Shown: one piece after another, positions 61,512 through 64,000 of the stretch | Position numbering within the stretch: the first letter of the stretch is position 1 | Layout: every line of letters starts with the position of its first letter | NCBI GenBank assembly: GCA_902463315.1 | Contig: CABQFB010000001.1 | Coordinates: forward strand, 28,130 to 92,129 | DNA length: 64,000 nt | Direction: 5' to 3' | From: an uncultured Methanobrevibacter sp. | GTDB taxonomy: Archaea > Methanobacteriota > Methanobacteria > Methanobacteriales > Methanobacteriaceae | Notes under the pieces: generated by a model | What the model was told of the DNA's origin: nothing | The model's input: the letters and a program-made list of their open reading frames with translations, nothing else | The model's database searches: none | Translations under genes and position numbers: made by a program

Positions 61512-62699
61512 ATGAGTGGCTGGAGAGATATTTCTGTAAAAATTATACTTTTGCTTTTTGCTGTTTCTATTTTACTTTTCGCGTCTTCTTTTGTATTAAA
61601 TCCACATTATACAGGAAAAGATTTAGCTGAAACCTATAATTTCCCTATTGGCCAATCAGTTTATGAAGGAGATTCTATTCTTGGCGTTGGTGGGGAAGTT
61701 ATAAAAGTGCCATTATTAGGCAATATCAACTTCATGGTTCATCAAATTATTAGTTTAGATATTTCAGGCATGTTGCTTTCATTATCTACAGGTACTGTTC
61801 CATTTGATTTGACTTCAGTGTCTAAAGAACATATTGATATATATGGGATAGCTACTGGTTTTGAAGGACCTGGTTTTTTAACTCTTGATGGTGATAAATT
61901 GACTGTTAAAGCTCCAGATAATTATATTTGGGGTTATAATGTACCTTCTAAATGGTTGAAAAAAACAGGTGATGGTGTAGATTTAATTAGCAATAATACA
62001 GTTGTTGAACATGTAGCTGCTGAAAATATTAAAAATCAGAATTGGGGTAATGACTTCTTTAATATAACCACTATTCAAGGATGGTATAATAGTGATGCAG
62101 ATGAAGGGGATATTTTTGTTCTTGAAAAAGGTATTTCTAATTTCTCTGACGGAAGAAGCGATGTATTAGCTAATGAAGTTGAGGAAATATTTGGTAAAAA
62201 TGTTTCAGATTATGTAGCAGCATATCCTGTTGGAACACCTATTGTATTGTATATGGGTAATGTTACAGAAGAATCTGGAGAAGTGCATAGTACAACATTA
62301 GGATCACATCCAGAATATGGTAACGCTGTTAGAGAATATAATGCTCGCCAGTTTGTTGAAGCATGGAATAACACTATCATTCCACCACATTCATATGGAA
62401 ATGGAAAAGCATATATTGATTTTGGAAGTGCAGCAGATTCTAATGCTCCTGGAGGAAGTGCATCACATGGAGTATGTCCTCCGGCTAGAGTATTGAGAGA
62501 TGTAGCTTTTGATGAAGGATTTAGTTTGCCTATTGGTATGGTAACTGGTGAAAATGCAGTATTATTTGGTTACAATCCTTCAGAGGATATTAAAGTGGCA
62601 AATAATCTCGACGTGCCCGTTAAAATTGTTATGTGGACTGAAGGTGAAGGTACTGGAATGGCTATATGTGGAAAAATAGTTAAGTTAAACCCAGCTTAA
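61512..62699 (+). CDS. Secreted/membrane-anchored hypothetical protein
   Basis: N-terminal signal anchor, 395 aa, N-x-S/T sequons. Confidence 0.4.
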   Translation: MSGWRDISVKIILLLFAVSILLFASSFVLNPHYTGKDLAETYNFPIGQSVYEGDSILGVGGEVIKVPLLGNINFMVHQIISLDISGMLLSLSTGTVPFDLTSVSKEHIDIYGIATGFEGPGFLTLDGDKLTVKAPDNYIWGYNVPSKWLKKTGDGVDLISNNTVVEHVAAENIKNQNWGNDFFNITTIQGWYNSDADEGDIFVLEKGISNFSDGRSDVLANEVEEIFGKNVSDYVAAYPVGTPIVLYMGNVTEESGEVHSTTLGSHPEYGNAVREYNARQFVEAWNNTIIPPHSYGNGKAYIDFGSAADSNAPGGSASHGVCPPARVLRDVAFDEGFSLPIGMVTGENAVLFGYNPSEDIKVANNLDVPVKIVMWTEGEGTGMAICGKIVKLNPA

Positions 62700-62726
62700 C
62701 CCTTCTTTTTTTTTGGAATTGTAATT

Positions 62727-63386
62727 ATGTCAATTTCAGCTATTATTACAGCTGCTGGGAAAAATTCCCGTATGCAGAAAGATCAAATGGAAAATAATTT
62801 AGAAATTAAGAACAAACTTGTTCTTCCGTTAAATAATTCTACTGTACTTGAGAATACAATTGATAATGTATTATCCTTAAATATAGATGAATGTATTATT
62901 GTACTTGGCCATTATAAAGATGAAATAATAAAAGCTATATCTAAAAATTATCATGATAAAGTAAAGTTTGTAGAAAATAATCCTGTTGATGTAGGTTTAT
63001 CAGTATCACTTTTAAATGGTCTTCAAAATACAACTTCAAAATATGCGCTTTGTGTAACTGGAGATCAACCAACAGTATCAACAGAAACATTAGGCAAAAT
63101 TATACAAAAATTAATAAATGCAGATAAACCAGATAATACAGTTTCAGTCTTGAGAAGAAGAAAAACTGGTTTGTTGGATACGGCCGAAGGGCTTGGAATG
63201 CCATTTGCAGCTAATAGAGAAGACCTTATAAAATATGTAAAAAATGAAAGTGGCAATTTAAACCCAATACTTAGAAAAATGTTTAAAGAGGGATACGAAT
63301 TTTGGGCAGTAAAAGAAAAAAATGAATTAGAATTATTAAATATAAATCATTATAAAGATTATGAATATCTATTAAATGTTCATTAA
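62727..63386 (+). CDS. MobA-like nucleotidyltransferase (NTP_transf_3 family)
   Basis: AIITAAGKNSRM, the G-x-G-x-R motif of GlmU/MobA-type NTP transferases. Confidence 0.6.
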   Translation: MSISAIITAAGKNSRMQKDQMENNLEIKNKLVLPLNNSTVLENTIDNVLSLNIDECIIVLGHYKDEIIKAISKNYHDKVKFVENNPVDVGLSVSLLNGLQNTTSKYALCVTGDQPTVSTETLGKIIQKLINADKPDNTVSVLRRRKTGLLDTAEGLGMPFAANREDLIKYVKNESGNLNPILRKMFKEGYEFWAVKEKNELELLNINHYKDYEYLLNVH

Positions 63387-64000
63387 ACTTTCAACAACTT
63401 GACTTATTTTATCTTTATAAATTCCAAGAGATAATTCAGTTTCAGGAAGTTTAGCTGATTTTCTAGAACCATCACAACCAAGAGAGAAGTTAACATCTTT
63501 ATTTATAATAGGATTAGCTACTAAATCACCACATAATGACTGAATACCAGCAAAACTAGGTCTGATTTTATCACCGTCATTATAAACTAATGCTTGAGCA
63601 ATTTTCATAGCTGAAACAGGTTCTAAAATAATTAAAACAACATCAGGTTCAAAGTCTGCATCATCAAGAGGAGCATATATAATTCCCTCATGTCTTTCAG
63701 GAACTATTGATAACTTATCAACAGTCTTTTGTGCTGTTTCAAGGCTGTCAAATCTTCCAAGTTTATAGTACATTTCTCCACTAGCTACTTTAGGAGGCAT
63801 ATCTCTAAGTCCAAGAGCTCCAGCTCCTCCTTGACATTGTTGCTGTTCAAGGGTGCTGTAGAATTTTTCTCCAAGAGAAGCTTTTCTAACCATTTCACAA
63901 TGTCTAACTTTTTCTCCAATTAAACCAATACCTTCAGGGATTTCATCTTCACTATCGAAGAATTTAATAGCTACTGGTTTTGAATTTAATTTAATTTGTT
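63372..64000 (-). CDS. DUF169-like protein (N-terminus outside the window)
   Basis: The ORF stays open on the minus strand to the window edge (...KPVAIKFFDSEDEIPEG...). The ORF track reports only the portion from the internal Met. Confidence 0.5.
   Translation of the reverse strand, partial: QIKLNSKPVAIKFFDSEDEIPEGIGLIGEKVRHCEMVRKASLGEKFYSTLEQQQCQGGAGALGLRDMPPKVASGEMYYKLGRFDSLETAQKTVDKLSIVPERHEGIIYAPLDDADFEPDVVLIILEPVSAMKIAQALVYNDGDKIRPSFAGIQSLCGDLVANPIINKDVNFSLGCDGSRKSAKLPETELSLGIYKDKISQVVESLMNI

Overview
By eye this is a dense, AT-rich (~30% GC) chromosomal window from a euryarchaeal methanogen. Gene content points to Methanobacteriales and looks Methanobrevibacter-like: archaeal phosphoglycerate mutase (apgM), a coenzyme F420 FrhB-like protein, a MurD-like ligase of the kind used for pseudomurein, class III signal peptide pilins, tandem rubredoxins, and archaeal coenzyme A genes. 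I support about 75 protein-coding genes and found no rRNA, tRNA or CRISPR array. Main blocks, in order:
- Information-processing cluster: ppa(partial)-rpoE'(Rpo7)-spt4-DUF359 dephospho-CoA kinase-rps24e-rps27ae.
- argH, then a KH/PP-loop ATPase paired with a small zinc-ribbon protein.
- Three tandem rubredoxin genes.
- Sm-like protein gene next to rpl37e.
- A bacterial-type RNase III gene preceded by a tandem pair of duplicated small genes.
- metX(-CBS) and metY convergent, then asnB.
- A 626-aa internally duplicated protein followed by a ~590-bp non-coding spacer containing zinc-finger gene debris.
- gatC-like small gene, ACT-domain gene, hom, apgM.
- A block of bacterial-looking genes: MATE transporter, esterase, aldo-keto reductase with an Fe-S domain.
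- pyrG with no canonical start codon.
- A truncated AAA-ATPase fragment behind two copies of a perfect 14-bp palindrome, then an M20 peptidase and an MFS transporter.
- modABC molybdate transporter genes.
- A prepilin peptidase gene followed by a pilin gene.
- A tight 5-gene minus-strand operon: ogt, GltB-domain-2 protein, membrane protein, archaeal phosphopantothenate synthetase, UPF0200 kinase.
- An HhH-DEDD exonuclease gene overlapping a HEAT-repeat protein gene.
- An FrhB-family protein with permuted domain order.
- nadM-moaE, tsr3, rpl40e, the GGGPS gene.
- nurA-herA-mre11-rad50.
- A Mur-ligase homolog next to a secreted protein gene and a nucleotidyltransferase gene.
- A DUF169-like gene running off the window end.
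No single obviously alien cassette stands out. The most unusual observations are the pyrG start-codon anomaly, the circularly permuted FrhB/FpoF-like protein, RNase III in an archaeon with duplicated small genes upstream, and the exonuclease/HEAT-repeat operon.
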